This document shows positions 28,357-39,365 of a DNA stretch of 54,860 bases, in pieces (within the stretch, counting starts at the first letter, position 1; each line of letters begins with the position of its first letter). This stretch comes from Maribacter sp. (GTDB taxonomy: Bacteria; Bacteroidota; Bacteroidia; Flavobacteriales; Flavobacteriaceae): assembly GCA_047632415.1 (NCBI GenBank), contig JBLICT010000001.1, positions 1 to 54,860 on the forward strand, in the 5' to 3' direction. A model generated the notes under the pieces. The model was not told the DNA's origin, searched no databases, and saw only the letters and a list, made by a program, of their open reading frames with translations. The position numbers and the translations under genes are program-made.

Positions 28357-29937
28357 ATGGCAGGAGTAAAAGCCGCTGAGGTATCAGCAATTTTAAAGCA
28401 ACAATTATCAGGTTTTGATGCAACCGCTACTTTGGATGAAGTAGGAACAGTATTGCAAGTAGGTGATGGAATCGCTAGGGTCTTTGGTTTGGCCAACGTG
28501 CAATATGGCGAACTAGTTGAGTTCGACGGTGGTTTGGAAGGAATCGTTTTGAACTTGGAAGAAGATAATGTAGGGGTGGTTTTATTGGGCCATTCTAGAG
28601 AAATTGGAGAAGGAACTACCGTAAAGCGCACACAACGTATTGCTTCCATAAATGTTGGTGAGGGTATTGTTGGCCGTGTAGTGGATACATTAGGACAACC
28701 TATCGATGGTAAAGGACCTATTTCTGGTAAAACGTATGAAATGCCATTGGAGCGCAAGGCACCAGGGGTAATTTTCAGAGAACCGGTTACAGAACCTTTA
28801 CAAACTGGAATTAAGGCAATTGATGCTATGATCCCTGTAGGTAGAGGACAACGTGAATTGGTAATTGGTGACCGTCAAACAGGCAAGACTACTGTTTGTA
28901 TCGATACCATTTTGAATCAGAAAGAATTTTACGATGCTGGTGAGCCAGTATATTGTATATATGTGGCTATTGGACAAAAAGCTTCAACGGTTGCTGGAAT
29001 TGCTCAGGTATTGGAAGATAAAGGAGCAATGGCATACACAACTATAGTAGCTGCGAATGCATCTGATCCTGCACCAATGCAGGTATATGCTCCTTTTGCA
29101 GGTGCATCTATTGGAGAGTACTTTAGGGATACTGGTCGTCCGGCTTTGATTATATATGATGATTTATCAAAACAGGCTGTTGCCTATCGTGAGGTTTCTT
29201 TGTTATTGAGAAGACCTCCGGGACGTGAGGCATATCCTGGGGATGTTTTCTATCTACACTCTAGATTATTGGAGCGTGCTGCAAAAGTAATCAACAATGA
29301 CGCTATTGCTAAGGAGATGAACGATTTACCAGATGTGTTAAAACCAATGGTAAAAGGTGGAGGTTCGTTAACTGCCTTGCCAATTATTGAAACTCAGGCG
29401 GGTGATGTATCGGCCTATATTCCAACGAACGTAATTTCTATTACGGACGGTCAGATTTTCTTGGAGCAAGATTTATTCAACCAAGGGGTTCGTCCTGCAA
29501 TTAACGTAGGTATCTCGGTATCTCGTGTTGGGGGTAATGCGCAAATCAAGTCCATGAAGAAAGTGGCAGGTACACTTAAACTGGATCAAGCACAGTTCCG
29601 TGAATTGGAAGCTTTTGCCAAGTTTGGTTCTGATTTGGATGCTGCTACATTAAACGTAATTGAAAAAGGACGAAGAAACGTGGAAATATTAAAACAAGCG
29701 CAGAACGATCCATTTACAGTGGAAGATCAGGTTGCAATTATCTACGCAGGTTCTAAGAACTTGTTAAGAGATGTTCCTGTGGAGAAAATAAAGGAATTTG
29801 AAAGAGATTATATCGAATTTTTAAATGTGAAGCATAGAGGAATTTTAGACACACTTAAATCAGGAAAGCTAACGGACGAGGTTACGGATACCTTAACGTC
29901 GGTTTGTAAAGAGCTTTCATCTAAATACGTAGGTTAA
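28357..29937 (+). CDS. atpA: F1 subunit alpha
   Basis: Motifs [31 protein letters not shown] and [14 protein letters not shown]. Confidence 0.99.
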   Translation: MAGVKAAEVSAILKQQLSGFDATATLDEVGTVLQVGDGIARVFGLANVQYGELVEFDGGLEGIVLNLEEDNVGVVLLGHSREIGEGTTVKRTQRIASINVGEGIVGRVVDTLGQPIDGKGPISGKTYEMPLERKAPGVIFREPVTEPLQTGIKAIDAMIPVGRGQRELVIGDRQTGKTTVCIDTILNQKEFYDAGEPVYCIYVAIGQKASTVAGIAQVLEDKGAMAYTTIVAANASDPAPMQVYAPFAGASIGEYFRDTGRPALIIYDDLSKQAVAYREVSLLLRRPPGREAYPGDVFYLHSRLLERAAKVINNDAIAKEMNDLPDVLKPMVKGGGSLTALPIIETQAGDVSAYIPTNVISITDGQIFLEQDLFNQGVRPAINVGISVSRVGGNAQIKSMKKVAGTLKLDQAQFRELEAFAKFGSDLDAATLNVIEKGRRNVEILKQAQNDPFTVEDQVAIIYAGSKNLLRDVPVEKIKEFERDYIEFLNVKHRGILDTLKSGKLTDEVTDTLTSVCKELSSKYVG

Positions 29938-30012
29938 AAGATAGTAGATAGTTAAAAGTATGGAGTAAATAGTGCTTTATACTTAGAACAAATCACTCAA
30001 TACTGATAGAAA

Positions 30013-30873
30013 ATGGCCAATTTAAAGGAAATACGGAACAGAATAGCATCAGTATCATCAACGATGCAGATTACCAGTGCCATGAAAATGGTTTCTGCTG
30101 CTAAGTTAAAGAAGGCCCAAGATGCAATTACGGCAATGAGGCCTTATGCCGATAAGCTGACAGAATTACTACAGGGACTTAGTGCCAGTATGGATTCGGA
30201 TGCCGGAAGTAAGTATGCTGATAATAGAACGGTAAACAAAGTATTAATCGTTGCCATTACCTCAAACAGAGGCTTATGTGGTGCTTTTAACACCAATATC
30301 CTAAAGCAGAGTACGAATTTAGCGGATACTGTTTATGCGGGTAAGCAAGTAGATTTTATTGCCGTTGGAAAAAAGGCAAATGATTTTTTAGTAAAAAAGT
30401 ATACGGTTCTTTCGAATCATAGCTCAGTTTATGAAGACCTTACTTTTGATAATGTCGCTAAGATAGCCGAGGGTTTAATGGAGCAGTTTACAAATGGTTC
30501 CTACGATAAGATTGAAATTGTGTACAACAAGTTCAAGAACGCAGCTACACAAATCGTAATGACTGAGCAGTTTTTACCTATTGTTCCTATGGTAGGTGAC
30601 GAAACTACAAGCGCAGACTATACGTTTGAGCCATCTAAATTGGAAATTATAGAGCAGTTGATTCCTAAATCTTTGAAAACGCAATTGTATAAGGGTATCA
30701 GGGATTCGTTTGCAAGTGAGCATGGTGCGCGGATGACAGCGATGCATAAAGCAACGGATAATGCTACTGAGCTTAGAGATGAATTGAAATTAACTTACAA
30801 CAAAGCAAGACAAGCTGCTATTACTAATGAGATTTTAGAAATTGTTGGCGGTGCTGAGGCTTTAAATAACTAA
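30013..30873 (+). CDS. atpG: F1 subunit gamma
   Basis: Motifs QITSAMKMVSAAK, RGLCGAFN and NKARQAAITNEILEIVGGA. Confidence 0.98.
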   Translation: MANLKEIRNRIASVSSTMQITSAMKMVSAAKLKKAQDAITAMRPYADKLTELLQGLSASMDSDAGSKYADNRTVNKVLIVAITSNRGLCGAFNTNILKQSTNLADTVYAGKQVDFIAVGKKANDFLVKKYTVLSNHSSVYEDLTFDNVAKIAEGLMEQFTNGSYDKIEIVYNKFKNAATQIVMTEQFLPIVPMVGDETTSADYTFEPSKLEIIEQLIPKSLKTQLYKGIRDSFASEHGARMTAMHKATDNATELRDELKLTYNKARQAAITNEILEIVGGAEALNN

Positions 30874-30928
30874 GATTTCATACTGATTTCGGTCGAAAGA
30901 CCACACTAGTAAAAGCTTACAATTAACT

Positions 30929-30957
30929 AAAAACCTCACAAAACGTGAGGTTTTTTT
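30929..30957 (+). terminator. Intrinsic terminator of the atp operon
   Basis: AAAAACCTCAC-AAAAC-GTGAGGTTTTTTT. Confidence 0.88.
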
Positions 30958-31007
30958 ACGGATAAAATTGATAGTATAGCTCATTTTTATTCGACTTTTG
31001 CAAACGC

Positions 31008-32261
31008 ATGAAAGCCAAAAAAACCGCCTTACTTTTTATTTTTATTACCATTCTTGTAGATGTTATTGGTATAGGAATTATACTACCCATAATACCGGAG
31101 CTAATCATGGAACTCACCGGGGAAGGAACCCATATGGCAGTTATTTATGGTATGTGGTTGACAACAGCCTTCGCTGGGATGCAGTTTTTGTTTTCTCCAG
31201 TGTTAGGAGAGATTTCGGATAGGTTTGGTAGGCGACCCATTTTGTTGATGGCGCTTTTGGGGTTGAGTATAGATTACCTTATTCATGCATGGGCACCGAC
31301 GATAACATGGTTGTTCATAGGCAGGTTTTTGGCGGGTATTACGGGAGCAAGTTTTACCGTTGCCTCTGCTTATATAGCTGATATTAGTACAAAGCAAGAA
31401 AAGGCAAAGAACTTTGGACTCATTGGAGCCGCATTCGGCTTAGGATTTATCATAGGCCCAGGTATTGGAGGTTTTTTCGGAGAAATTGATATTAGATTAC
31501 CTTTTTACATTGCTGCCGGACTCACCTTTGCCAACTTTCTATTTGGTTGGTTCTTTGTGCCGGAGTCCTTGGCCGTTGAGAATAGACGACCTATCAATTT
31601 GGTTAAGATGATTCCAGGCGTTTCTCTGGTGAGTCTTAGAAATTACAAAGGTGTTTTACTACTTATTTCCGCGTTCTTTTTAGCGAACTTGGCAGGGCAG
31701 GCCTTACCGTCCACATGGTCCTACTATGGGATAGAACGCTATGATTGGAGTCCTAGGGATATTGGTGTTTCCTTAATGGTCGTTGGTCTTTTCGTTGCTA
31801 TAGCTCAAGGGTTTTTGGTAGGAATAGCTGTCAAAAAATTCGGACGTAAAACAGTCGTTATTTCTGGATTTTTACTTTGGACGGTTGGGATGTTTCTTTT
31901 TTCCTTAGCCAAAGAGCCTTGGATGTTATACGCTTTTCTTGTCCCTTATGCATTGGGTGGTGTTGCCGGTCCAACCGTGCAAGGCGTTATTTCAAATCAG
32001 GTTTCTGAAAAGGAACAGGGAAATCTGCAGGGAGCTATTACGGGCTTGGTAAGCGTAACGGCTATTTTGGGTCAATTGACTTTCTCACCTGTGTTTTATT
32101 ATTTTATACGCCCGGAAGGCGAAATATACTTTCCGGGAGCACCATATGCATTAGCATCTATTTTCCTCCTTGTGGCGCTTGTTTTGGCTTCTTTAGCCAT
32201 GAGTAAGATGGGCCCCTCCGATGAAGAGGACGAATTATCTTCAGAGGTTTCTCCAAAGTAA
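31008..32261 (+). CDS. MFS transporter, TCR/Tet (DHA1) family
   Basis: Motif A GEISDRFGRRP, GRFLAGITGAS and antiporter motif GAAFGLGFIIGPGIGG. Confidence 0.92.
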   Translation: MKAKKTALLFIFITILVDVIGIGIILPIIPELIMELTGEGTHMAVIYGMWLTTAFAGMQFLFSPVLGEISDRFGRRPILLMALLGLSIDYLIHAWAPTITWLFIGRFLAGITGASFTVASAYIADISTKQEKAKNFGLIGAAFGLGFIIGPGIGGFFGEIDIRLPFYIAAGLTFANFLFGWFFVPESLAVENRRPINLVKMIPGVSLVSLRNYKGVLLLISAFFLANLAGQALPSTWSYYGIERYDWSPRDIGVSLMVVGLFVAIAQGFLVGIAVKKFGRKTVVISGFLLWTVGMFLFSLAKEPWMLYAFLVPYALGGVAGPTVQGVISNQVSEKEQGNLQGAITGLVSVTAILGQLTFSPVFYYFIRPEGEIYFPGAPYALASIFLLVALVLASLAMSKMGPSDEEDELSSEVSPK

Positions 32262-32323
32262 GTCTTAATTTTAGGTCTTCAAACGGGTCTTTTACGAAAA
32301 AATGTGACTTTTTTTAAATCAGA

Positions 32324-32349
32324 TGTAACATTTGACAATAAATGTATCT
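32324..32349 (+). promoter_or_regulatory. Possible ECF promoter of the hydrolase-ECF-antisigma operon
   Basis: TGTAAC-N14-GTATCT ends 27 bp before the ATG at 32377. Confidence 0.4.
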
Positions 32350-32376
32350 AAAAGGAAAATCCTAAATACAGATACA

Positions 32377-33222
32377 ATGAAAGCACTAAAAATCATCCAC
32401 CTCGTTTTAATTCTTATGACCTCCATTTGCGTAAACGCGCAAGACTACCCTTTTGAAGTATTGATAAAAGGTAGCGGACAACCTATTTTACTTTTCCCAG
32501 GTTTTACATGTACTGGTGATGTTTGGGAAGATTCCGTTACCGAACTTTCTAAAAATTATGAGTGTCACATCTTTACTTTTGCAGGTTTTGGCGATGTAGC
32601 CCCTGTAGAAAAGCCTTGGTTTCCCAAAATAAAAAGGGGAGTAGAAGCCTATGTAAAAGAACAAAATCTAGAAAATCCAATTATTATAGGGCATAGTTTG
32701 GGTGGCACTTAGGGTCTTTGGTTGGCTACAGCAGCAGAACATCCGTTCTCGCAACTAATAGTAGTCGACGCATTACCTTCCACCGGGGCACTTATGATGC
32801 CTAATTTTGATAGCGAAGCACTTGTATACGAAAGCCCGTGGAACAAACAAATGTTGGCTATGGATGATGCATCCTTTGCTGTTATGGCTACTCAAATGGC
32901 CACTGGAATGTCAATGGACAAAGAAAAACAGGAACAGATTAAAGATTGGATACTTGAAGCCAATAGAGAAACCTATGTGTACGGCTATACAGACCTCTTA
33001 AAACTTGATTTAAGAGAAGCTATTGGTGAAATCAATATTCCGGTCACTATTTTGGCGGCCGCACAACCTTATGGCTTGGAAATGGCTAAGAGTACCTATT
33101 CAGAACAATACAAGAATCTACAGGATTATAAGATAGAATTTGCAGCTGATGCTGCTCATTTTATCATGTACGACAGTCCTATCTGGTTTAAAGAAAAATT
33201 ATTCACTAGTTTGGGGAACTAA
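32377..33222 (+). pseudogene. Secreted alpha/beta hydrolase interrupted by one in-frame TAG (32710-32712)
   Basis: Signal peptide and GHSLGGT*GLWLA continue in one frame to AAHFIMYD. The two ORF-track entries are one gene. Confidence 0.85.
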
Positions 33223-33716
33223 TGAATAGCAGCGACAAAAAATATAAAGAGCTATATACTACACATTATGCTAAGGTGATGCGCTTATGTCTTGGCTATG
33301 TTGCAGGAGACCAAGATTTGGCCAAAGATTTAACCCAAGAAATTTTTATAAAGATTTGGGAAAACCTAGAAAGCTTTAGAAGTGAAAGCAGCATAAGCAC
33401 TTGGATTTATAGAATAAGCGTGAACACCTGTTTGTCTAACTTAAGAGCTAAAAAAAAGATGCCCAGAGCAATCACCATCGACGATGTTCCCGAAATTAGT
33501 GAAGAACATCCTAATGCAGACAAAGCACATCAATTATCGCTGTTGTATGCTTGTATAAAGAAGCTATCTGAAACAAACAGGGCTATTATTTTATTAGTTT
33601 TGGAAGGACTTCCGCATAAGGAAATATCCGATATCATCGGAATAAAACATGATGCGATTCGTACGCGAATACATCGAATTAAAAGTCAATTAACAAAATG
33701 TGTATCCCATGAATAA
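33222..33716 (+). CDS. ECF RNA polymerase sigma-70 factor
   Basis: Region 2 DLTQEIFIKIW..STWIYRI and region 4 LEGLPHKEISDIIG..RIHRIK. Confidence 0.92.
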   Translation: MNSSDKKYKELYTTHYAKVMRLCLGYVAGDQDLAKDLTQEIFIKIWENLESFRSESSISTWIYRISVNTCLSNLRAKKKMPRAITIDDVPEISEEHPNADKAHQLSLLYACIKKLSETNRAIILLVLEGLPHKEISDIIGIKHDAIRTRIHRIKSQLTKCVSHE

Positions 33717-34272
33717 TTTTGAAGAGTTAGAATCAAATTGGAACAATCAACCCGAAATACAAGCAACAGAGCAAGGGTTTCATGAGGTTTTGAACGGATT
33801 ACGAAAAATTAAAAATAAACAACGTATTACTAATGTAGTCTTAGGCAGTACCGCCATCATATTAGTCGTTTTTTTCTTTTACATATCAGGATATGGTAAC
33901 CAACAAGTCATTCTAGGAATTTCTCTTATGATTGGGAGTTTATTGGTACGTATCCTACTCGAAGTTTTAAGCATACAAAAACTGAGACAAATGAATGCGG
34001 TAGCACACAGCATGGATTTTAGAAACGGCTTGATAGGATACTATAAGGGTCGTAAATTTGTCCATTTTGGATGGACACCCCTACTTATTCTGATTTATAT
34101 TGCTGGGTTTCTAATACTCTTGCCGCTTTTTAAAGCTAATTTATCTTCTGGATTCTATACCTATATCATTGTATCCTCTATTATACTAGTAGTCTTTTTA
34201 TCAATTTTCATAGCCAAACAAATTAGGACTGAAATGAATAATTTAAAGCGATTGCAAGAGGAATTTCTATAG
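33709..34272 (+). CDS. Four-TM membrane protein, putative anti-sigma factor
   Basis: Overlaps the sigma gene stop. Short soluble N-terminus (FEELESNW) followed by four TM segments. Confidence 0.65.
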   Translation: MNNFEELESNWNNQPEIQATEQGFHEVLNGLRKIKNKQRITNVVLGSTAIILVVFFFYISGYGNQQVILGISLMIGSLLVRILLEVLSIQKLRQMNAVAHSMDFRNGLIGYYKGRKFVHFGWTPLLILIYIAGFLILLPLFKANLSSGFYTYIIVSSIILVVFLSIFIAKQIRTEMNNLKRLQEEFL

Positions 34273-34439
34273 TGTTTAGCCTATTTATCTCGCATGATTT
34301 CAGATTGATGTATGAGCTTAAGTTGTAAAGTGAAAAATTGGATGAAAGAAAAGTGACCGTTCATTCATAACAGTATCCCTAAAAGTAACTTTGTTTACAG
34401 GGTCTAAATAGGTACTTTTAGGGTTTCAATACAACAGGC

Positions 34440-35897
34440 TTGAATCCACTTAAAAAACTTTTTCAACAAACGGCTATTTATGGGCTGGCGACAGTGTTGC
34501 CAAGGATGCTCAATGTCATATTAGTGCCGATTTATACCGCGGTAATGCTACCTGGTTCTTATGGGGAAGTTATAGTGATATTTGCCTATTTCGCTATTTT
34601 TAATGTATTCTTGGCCTATGGAATGGAGACAACTTTCTTTCGTTTCTATAAGGAAGCAGATCAGCGAAAGAAAGTAGTGACAACCTCCTTACTTTCCATC
34701 CTAGCTACTACCTTATCATTTCTGATTATAGGATTTATTTTTAAGGAAACTTTGTCCCAACTACTCGAGATTAAACCAAAGTATATTGGCTATGTATTTG
34801 GCATACTTACCTTAGATGCTTTGGTAATCATACCTTTTGCTTGGTTACGGGCTAACGAAAAACCTATGCGCTACGCTATTGTTAAAATAGCCAATGTGGT
34901 AATGAACCTCGGGCTAACGGTTTTCTTTTTGATTCTTTTACCTGATCTAGTTTCACCAGAACCAACAGGGGTGTTCAGTGCTATGTATATCGAAAATTTT
35001 GAAATTTCATATATACTGATAGCCAATCTCATAGCAAGTGGCGTCACGTTTTTATTGATGCTCAGGGTATATATGAGACGCCCATATATATTCGATGTTA
35101 ATCTTTGGAAAAAAATGATGCGTTATGCTATGCCAATTCTAATAGCAGGTGTAGCTTTTACAGTAAATGAAGTTTTGGATAAGATTCTGTTGGAACGATT
35201 GCTCCCTGATGACATTGCCAGCGCCGAAGTAGGTAAATATGGAGCCTGTATTAAACTGGCTGTTTTTATGACCTTGTTCGCTACCGCTTTTAGAATGGGG
35301 ATTGAACCGTTTTTCTTTAGTCACTCGGAGACCAAGAATCCTCAAAAAGCTTATGCTCAGATTACAAATTATTTCGTGGTACTCGGAAGTATTATCTTAT
35401 TGGCAGTAGTAGTGTTTGCAGATGTGTTAAAAGAGCTTTTTGTCAGAAATGAAGCGTACTGGGATGCCATGCCTGCAGTGCCTGTTATTTTGTTGGCCAG
35501 TTTTTTCTTAGGAATCTATCATAACCTGTCTGTATGGTATAAGGTTACCGACCGCACAAAGTTTGGGGCGTATATTTCAATGATTGGCGCCGTGCTTACC
35601 ATCATTATTAACGTTGCCCTAATACAATACTTTAGTTATATGGCTTCGGCTGTCGCAACATTAGTTGCTTATGGCACTATGATGTTGCTTTCTTTTTATT
35701 TTGGCCGTATGTATTATCCTATTCCTTATAATTTTAGAAAAATTGGTTTTTATTTAGGAGTTTCAATCCTTTTTTCAATCCTGTCGTTTTATATTTTTGA
35801 TAGGAATTTGATACTAGGTAGTATACTACTGCTCATTTTCCTTGGACTAGTTTATAAATTGGAGGCGGATAACCTTAAAAAAGTATTTTTAAAATAG
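34440..35897 (+). CDS. Oligosaccharide flippase / polysaccharide biosynthesis protein (MOP/Wzx-like)
   Basis: QTAIYGLATVLPR and YGMETTFFRF motifs with many TM segments. Conserved upstream of dut in Bacteroidetes. Confidence 0.85.
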   Translation: MNPLKKLFQQTAIYGLATVLPRMLNVILVPIYTAVMLPGSYGEVIVIFAYFAIFNVFLAYGMETTFFRFYKEADQRKKVVTTSLLSILATTLSFLIIGFIFKETLSQLLEIKPKYIGYVFGILTLDALVIIPFAWLRANEKPMRYAIVKIANVVMNLGLTVFFLILLPDLVSPEPTGVFSAMYIENFEISYILIANLIASGVTFLLMLRVYMRRPYIFDVNLWKKMMRYAMPILIAGVAFTVNEVLDKILLERLLPDDIASAEVGKYGACIKLAVFMTLFATAFRMGIEPFFFSHSETKNPQKAYAQITNYFVVLGSIILLAVVVFADVLKELFVRNEAYWDAMPAVPVILLASFFLGIYHNLSVWYKVTDRTKFGAYISMIGAVLTIIINVALIQYFSYMASAVATLVAYGTMMLLSFYFGRMYYPIPYNFRKIGFYLGVSILFSILSFYIFDRNLILGSILLLIFLGLVYKLEADNLKKVFLK

Positions 35898-36332
35898 ATG
35901 AGAATCAAAATAATAAATAAATCGGCACACGAATTGCCACATTACGAAACAGGAGCATCTGCAGGGATGGATTTGCGGGCCAATATATCTGAGCCCGTAA
36001 CGCTGGAACCACTTGCAAGAACTATAATTAGAACAGGGCTTTTTATGGAGCTTCCAGTGGGTTACGAGGCACAAGTACGTCCTAGAAGCGGACTGGCTGC
36101 CAAAAAAGGGATTACAGTGTTGAATGCGCCAGGCACGATTGATGCGGATTATAGAGGTGAAGTAGGCGTTATATTGGTAAACCTTTCCGGTGAAACATTT
36201 GTAATTGAGAACGGGGAACGTATTGCACAAATGATCATTACAAAGCACGAACGAGCGGAGTGGGAGCAAGTTGAATTATTATCTGATACGCTAAGGGGTG
36301 ATGGTGGTTTTGGAAGTACAGGGGTAAAATAA
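35898..36332 (+). CDS. dut: dUTP diphosphatase
   Basis: Motifs [26 protein letters not shown] and [10 protein letters not shown]. Confidence 0.98.
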   Translation: MRIKIINKSAHELPHYETGASAGMDLRANISEPVTLEPLARTIIRTGLFMELPVGYEAQVRPRSGLAAKKGITVLNAPGTIDADYRGEVGVILVNLSGETFVIENGERIAQMIITKHERAEWEQVELLSDTLRGDGGFGSTGVK

Positions 36333-36386
36333 TCCCATAACCATTTCGTAACTGTAGGCTGGACCAAACGTGAATTGACACATAGC

Positions 36387-37331
36387 ATGAAAAAGGATAA
36401 TTTTCTTGGTTTTATACTGGTTTTGGGATTGAGTACGATTCCAGTGAATAGCTACGCCCAAGAAGAACAGGAAATACAGGTAGAAGAAAGTGCCGAGGTT
36501 TTTCTTGAGGAATATTCTGATGAATTTCAAGAAAATTTCTTTGAAGGACTCAAACAAAAGGGCATTCAGAACTACGATAGGGCTATCAATTTTTTATTGG
36601 AATGCAAACGACTTCAACCCGATAATGAGGCCGTAAGCCATGAGTTGGCCAGAGTGTATTTTTTGGATAAGGATTATGAACAATCAAAGGAATACGGTAT
36701 AGCTGCAGTAGCTGCTGTTCCAGAAAATTACTGGTATCTTAATACCTTAATGACGACTGTAAAAAAGCAAGGAAAAGATATTGCTACGGTAACTAATGAT
36801 ATTCCAATGGAGAATAGCAGCTTAAAGGAAAACTTAGCACGTATATATTATAATCAGGATAAGTATGAGGAAGCTTTAGCCTTGTTACAATCTCTGAAAA
36901 AATCCAAAAAGGCCATGGTGTTGGAACAGAATATAAAAGAAGCGCTGGCAAAAAAGGAAAAAAGCACCAAAACCATATCGTTTACCCCAACGGTTGTAAA
37001 TACGGATATAAGTGATTTAGAAAGTTATAAATCAAGAATACGTGACCTGCTTATGATGCCGTCCGATAATCCTATATTGTTGCAGGTTTCAGAAGAGGCG
37101 CTGGAAAATTATCCGGCGCAGCCTTATTTTTATTATGCCAATGGGTATGCATTGAATAAAAACGGAAAACACAAAGATGCCATTGAAATTTTGGAAATAG
37201 CCTTGGATTATATGGTCAGTGATATTTCTCTGGCGAATAAGATTTATACAGAACTCTCTGTAGCATACAACGCAATATCCAACCCTTCTAAGGCAAATAT
37301 GTACCTTCGTAAGGTAAAACCTGGATTTTAA
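36387..37331 (+). CDS. Exported TPR-repeat protein
   Basis: Signal peptide plus TPR-like helices (NYDRAI..., YEEALALL, KDAIEILE). Confidence 0.75.
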   Translation: MKKDNFLGFILVLGLSTIPVNSYAQEEQEIQVEESAEVFLEEYSDEFQENFFEGLKQKGIQNYDRAINFLLECKRLQPDNEAVSHELARVYFLDKDYEQSKEYGIAAVAAVPENYWYLNTLMTTVKKQGKDIATVTNDIPMENSSLKENLARIYYNQDKYEEALALLQSLKKSKKAMVLEQNIKEALAKKEKSTKTISFTPTVVNTDISDLESYKSRIRDLLMMPSDNPILLQVSEEALENYPAQPYFYYANGYALNKNGKHKDAIEILEIALDYMVSDISLANKIYTELSVAYNAISNPSKANMYLRKVKPGF

Positions 37332-37333
37332 TT

Positions 37334-38119
37334 ATGGCAAGCAGTTTAACTAAGTATCTAAAGGCATGCGTGTATGTGCTTTTAACCCTATTGGTATTCT
37401 CCTGTAAAGGCACCAAAGTAGTAAGCGATGGTAGTATAGATTCACGTCTATCCGCAAAATCGGTCATTAAAGCACATTACCAGAATAAAACCAATTTTAA
37501 GACTTTAAGAGGTAAATTAAAAATTGACTATGACAATGGAGAGGATGCTCAAAGCTTTACGGTTAGTTTGCGTATGGAAAAAGACAAGGGTATTTGGATT
37601 AGCGCCCCATTCGGAATCGTAAAAGCCTATATTACTCCGGACAGAGTCTCCTTTTATAACAAATTACAAAACGAGTATTTTGATGGTGATTTTTCTTACC
37701 TCAGCCAACTTTTAGGCACGGAGGTAGATTTCAATAGTGTGCAAAATCTGCTTTTAGGGGAGGCTATCTTCGATTTAAAAAAGGACAAATACAGTATTAG
37801 TACAATAGCTAATAGTTATAGACTTACCCCTAAAATCGGGAGAGAATTATTTAAAGTACTTTTTCAAATAGAGCCAAAGAACTTTAAAATGGCCATACAG
37901 CAGGTATCCCAACCCGAGAAGGGTAGGCTCCTCCAAATCAATTATCAAAACTATCAAACCGTGGGCCCAACAGTGTGGCCTAATGTAATTTCTATCAGTA
38001 CGGTAGATGGGACTATCGAAAATGCGATAACTTTGGAGTATAAGAATTTAGAATTAAACCAGAAGCTTAATTTTCCTTATACTATCCCAAAGGGATATCA
38101 AGAAATCGCGCTAGAATAA
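37334..38119 (+). CDS. DUF4292 lipoprotein
   Basis: Lipobox LVFSC and LRMEKDKGIWISA. Conserved dut-TPR-DUF4292-envC order. Confidence 0.8.
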   Translation: MASSLTKYLKACVYVLLTLLVFSCKGTKVVSDGSIDSRLSAKSVIKAHYQNKTNFKTLRGKLKIDYDNGEDAQSFTVSLRMEKDKGIWISAPFGIVKAYITPDRVSFYNKLQNEYFDGDFSYLSQLLGTEVDFNSVQNLLLGEAIFDLKKDKYSISTIANSYRLTPKIGRELFKVLFQIEPKNFKMAIQQVSQPEKGRLLQINYQNYQTVGPTVWPNVISISTVDGTIENAITLEYKNLELNQKLNFPYTIPKGYQEIALE

Positions 38120-38120
38120 C

Positions 38121-39356
38121 ATGAGTCTTAAAACAGGTTTACGTTTGGTTTATATTTTGTTTTTGACCGTTATGGTCCAGGCTGCCCATGGCCAGACTAC
38201 AGAACAAAAAGCACTTGAGGAGAAGCGAGAAAAGCTACAGCAAGAAATAAGGGATATTAATCGCTTGCTTTTTGCCGAAAAGAAGGAAAAAGGAAATGTG
38301 CTTGACCAAATGGAGGCACTGGATAAAAAAATTACTGTACGCCAAGAGTTGATACGGGTTACCAATCAGCAATCCAACCTGCTCAACCGGCAAATAAACA
38401 CAAATATTAGGAATATAGGAAAGCTAAAGAGCGAACTAGGGCAAGTAAAGGACGAGTACGCTACCATGGTGCAAAAATCCTATCAGAACAAATCCAAACA
38501 GAACAGATTGATGTTTTTGTTATCCTCAGAGAGTTTTTTCCAAGCCTTTAAAAGGCTTCAGTACATGAAGCAGTATACGGACTACAGAAGAGAGCAGGGA
38601 GAACAAATAGTGGTAAAATCGGACGAATTAGCACGTTTAAATAGTGATTTGAACGAAGAGCGGAAGGTTAAAGAAGTGTTGTTGGCACAAAACCGGAAAG
38701 CGAAAGATGCCCTATTTGGTGAAATCCAAGATCAGAAGGCTTTATTGGGAACCATACGTAAGAACGAGAGTAAGTACTCCACTGTCATAGATAAAAAGAA
38801 GCGGGAGGCTAAGAAGATAGATCAGCAGATAGAGAAACTGATACGTAACGCCATTGCCGCGTCTAACAAAAAGTCTGGTATAAAAACCACTAAAAGTTCT
38901 AGCAGTAAGTTTCTGTTAACGCCGGAAGCAACGGTGATAGCTAATAATTTTTCGGCCAATAAGGGTAAACTCATTTGGCCTGTAGAAAAGGGTATAAAAA
39001 GTCAGGGTTTTGGTATTTATAAAGACCCTATTTATCCGGGTATCAAACACGAGAGCAATGGTGTTATTATCGCTACGGATTCCGGTGCCAAAGCGAGGGC
39101 AATTTTTGAAGGAGAGGTTATTGCTATTCTTTCTGTCCCCGGCGGAAAAAGAGGAGTTCAAATCAAGCACGGTAATTTTATAAGCACGTATTATAATCTA
39201 GATCAGCTCTTCGTTAAAAAAGGGGATAAAGTAGCTATCAAAGAGGAATTAGGAACGGTCTATACCAATTTGTCTAACGGCCAGACCCGATTAAAGTTTT
39301 ATTTATATCAGAACACATCAAAATTGAACCCAGAAGATTGGGTGTATCAATTATAA
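38121..39356 (+). CDS. Murein hydrolase activator EnvC-family protein (coiled coil + degenerate M23)
   Basis: Long coiled coil followed by NKGKLIWPV and an M23 fold lacking Zn ligands. Confidence 0.88.
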   Translation: MSLKTGLRLVYILFLTVMVQAAHGQTTEQKALEEKREKLQQEIRDINRLLFAEKKEKGNVLDQMEALDKKITVRQELIRVTNQQSNLLNRQINTNIRNIGKLKSELGQVKDEYATMVQKSYQNKSKQNRLMFLLSSESFFQAFKRLQYMKQYTDYRREQGEQIVVKSDELARLNSDLNEERKVKEVLLAQNRKAKDALFGEIQDQKALLGTIRKNESKYSTVIDKKKREAKKIDQQIEKLIRNAIAASNKKSGIKTTKSSSSKFLLTPEATVIANNFSANKGKLIWPVEKGIKSQGFGIYKDPIYPGIKHESNGVIIATDSGAKARAIFEGEVIAILSVPGGKRGVQIKHGNFISTYYNLDQLFVKKGDKVAIKEELGTVYTNLSNGQTRLKFYLYQNTSKLNPEDWVYQL

Positions 39357-39365
39357 AACAGTGTT

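Noticed and set aside
30883-30903. TTTCGGTCGAAAGACC after atpG as another TetR operator
   Set aside because: It has only a half-site with wrong spacing and is better read as a small GGTC-GAAA-GACC hairpin.
31008-32261. Acquired tetracycline-resistance gene
   Set aside because: It is a generic chromosomal DHA1-family MFS with no adjacent tetR or mobile element. Its substrate cannot be inferred.
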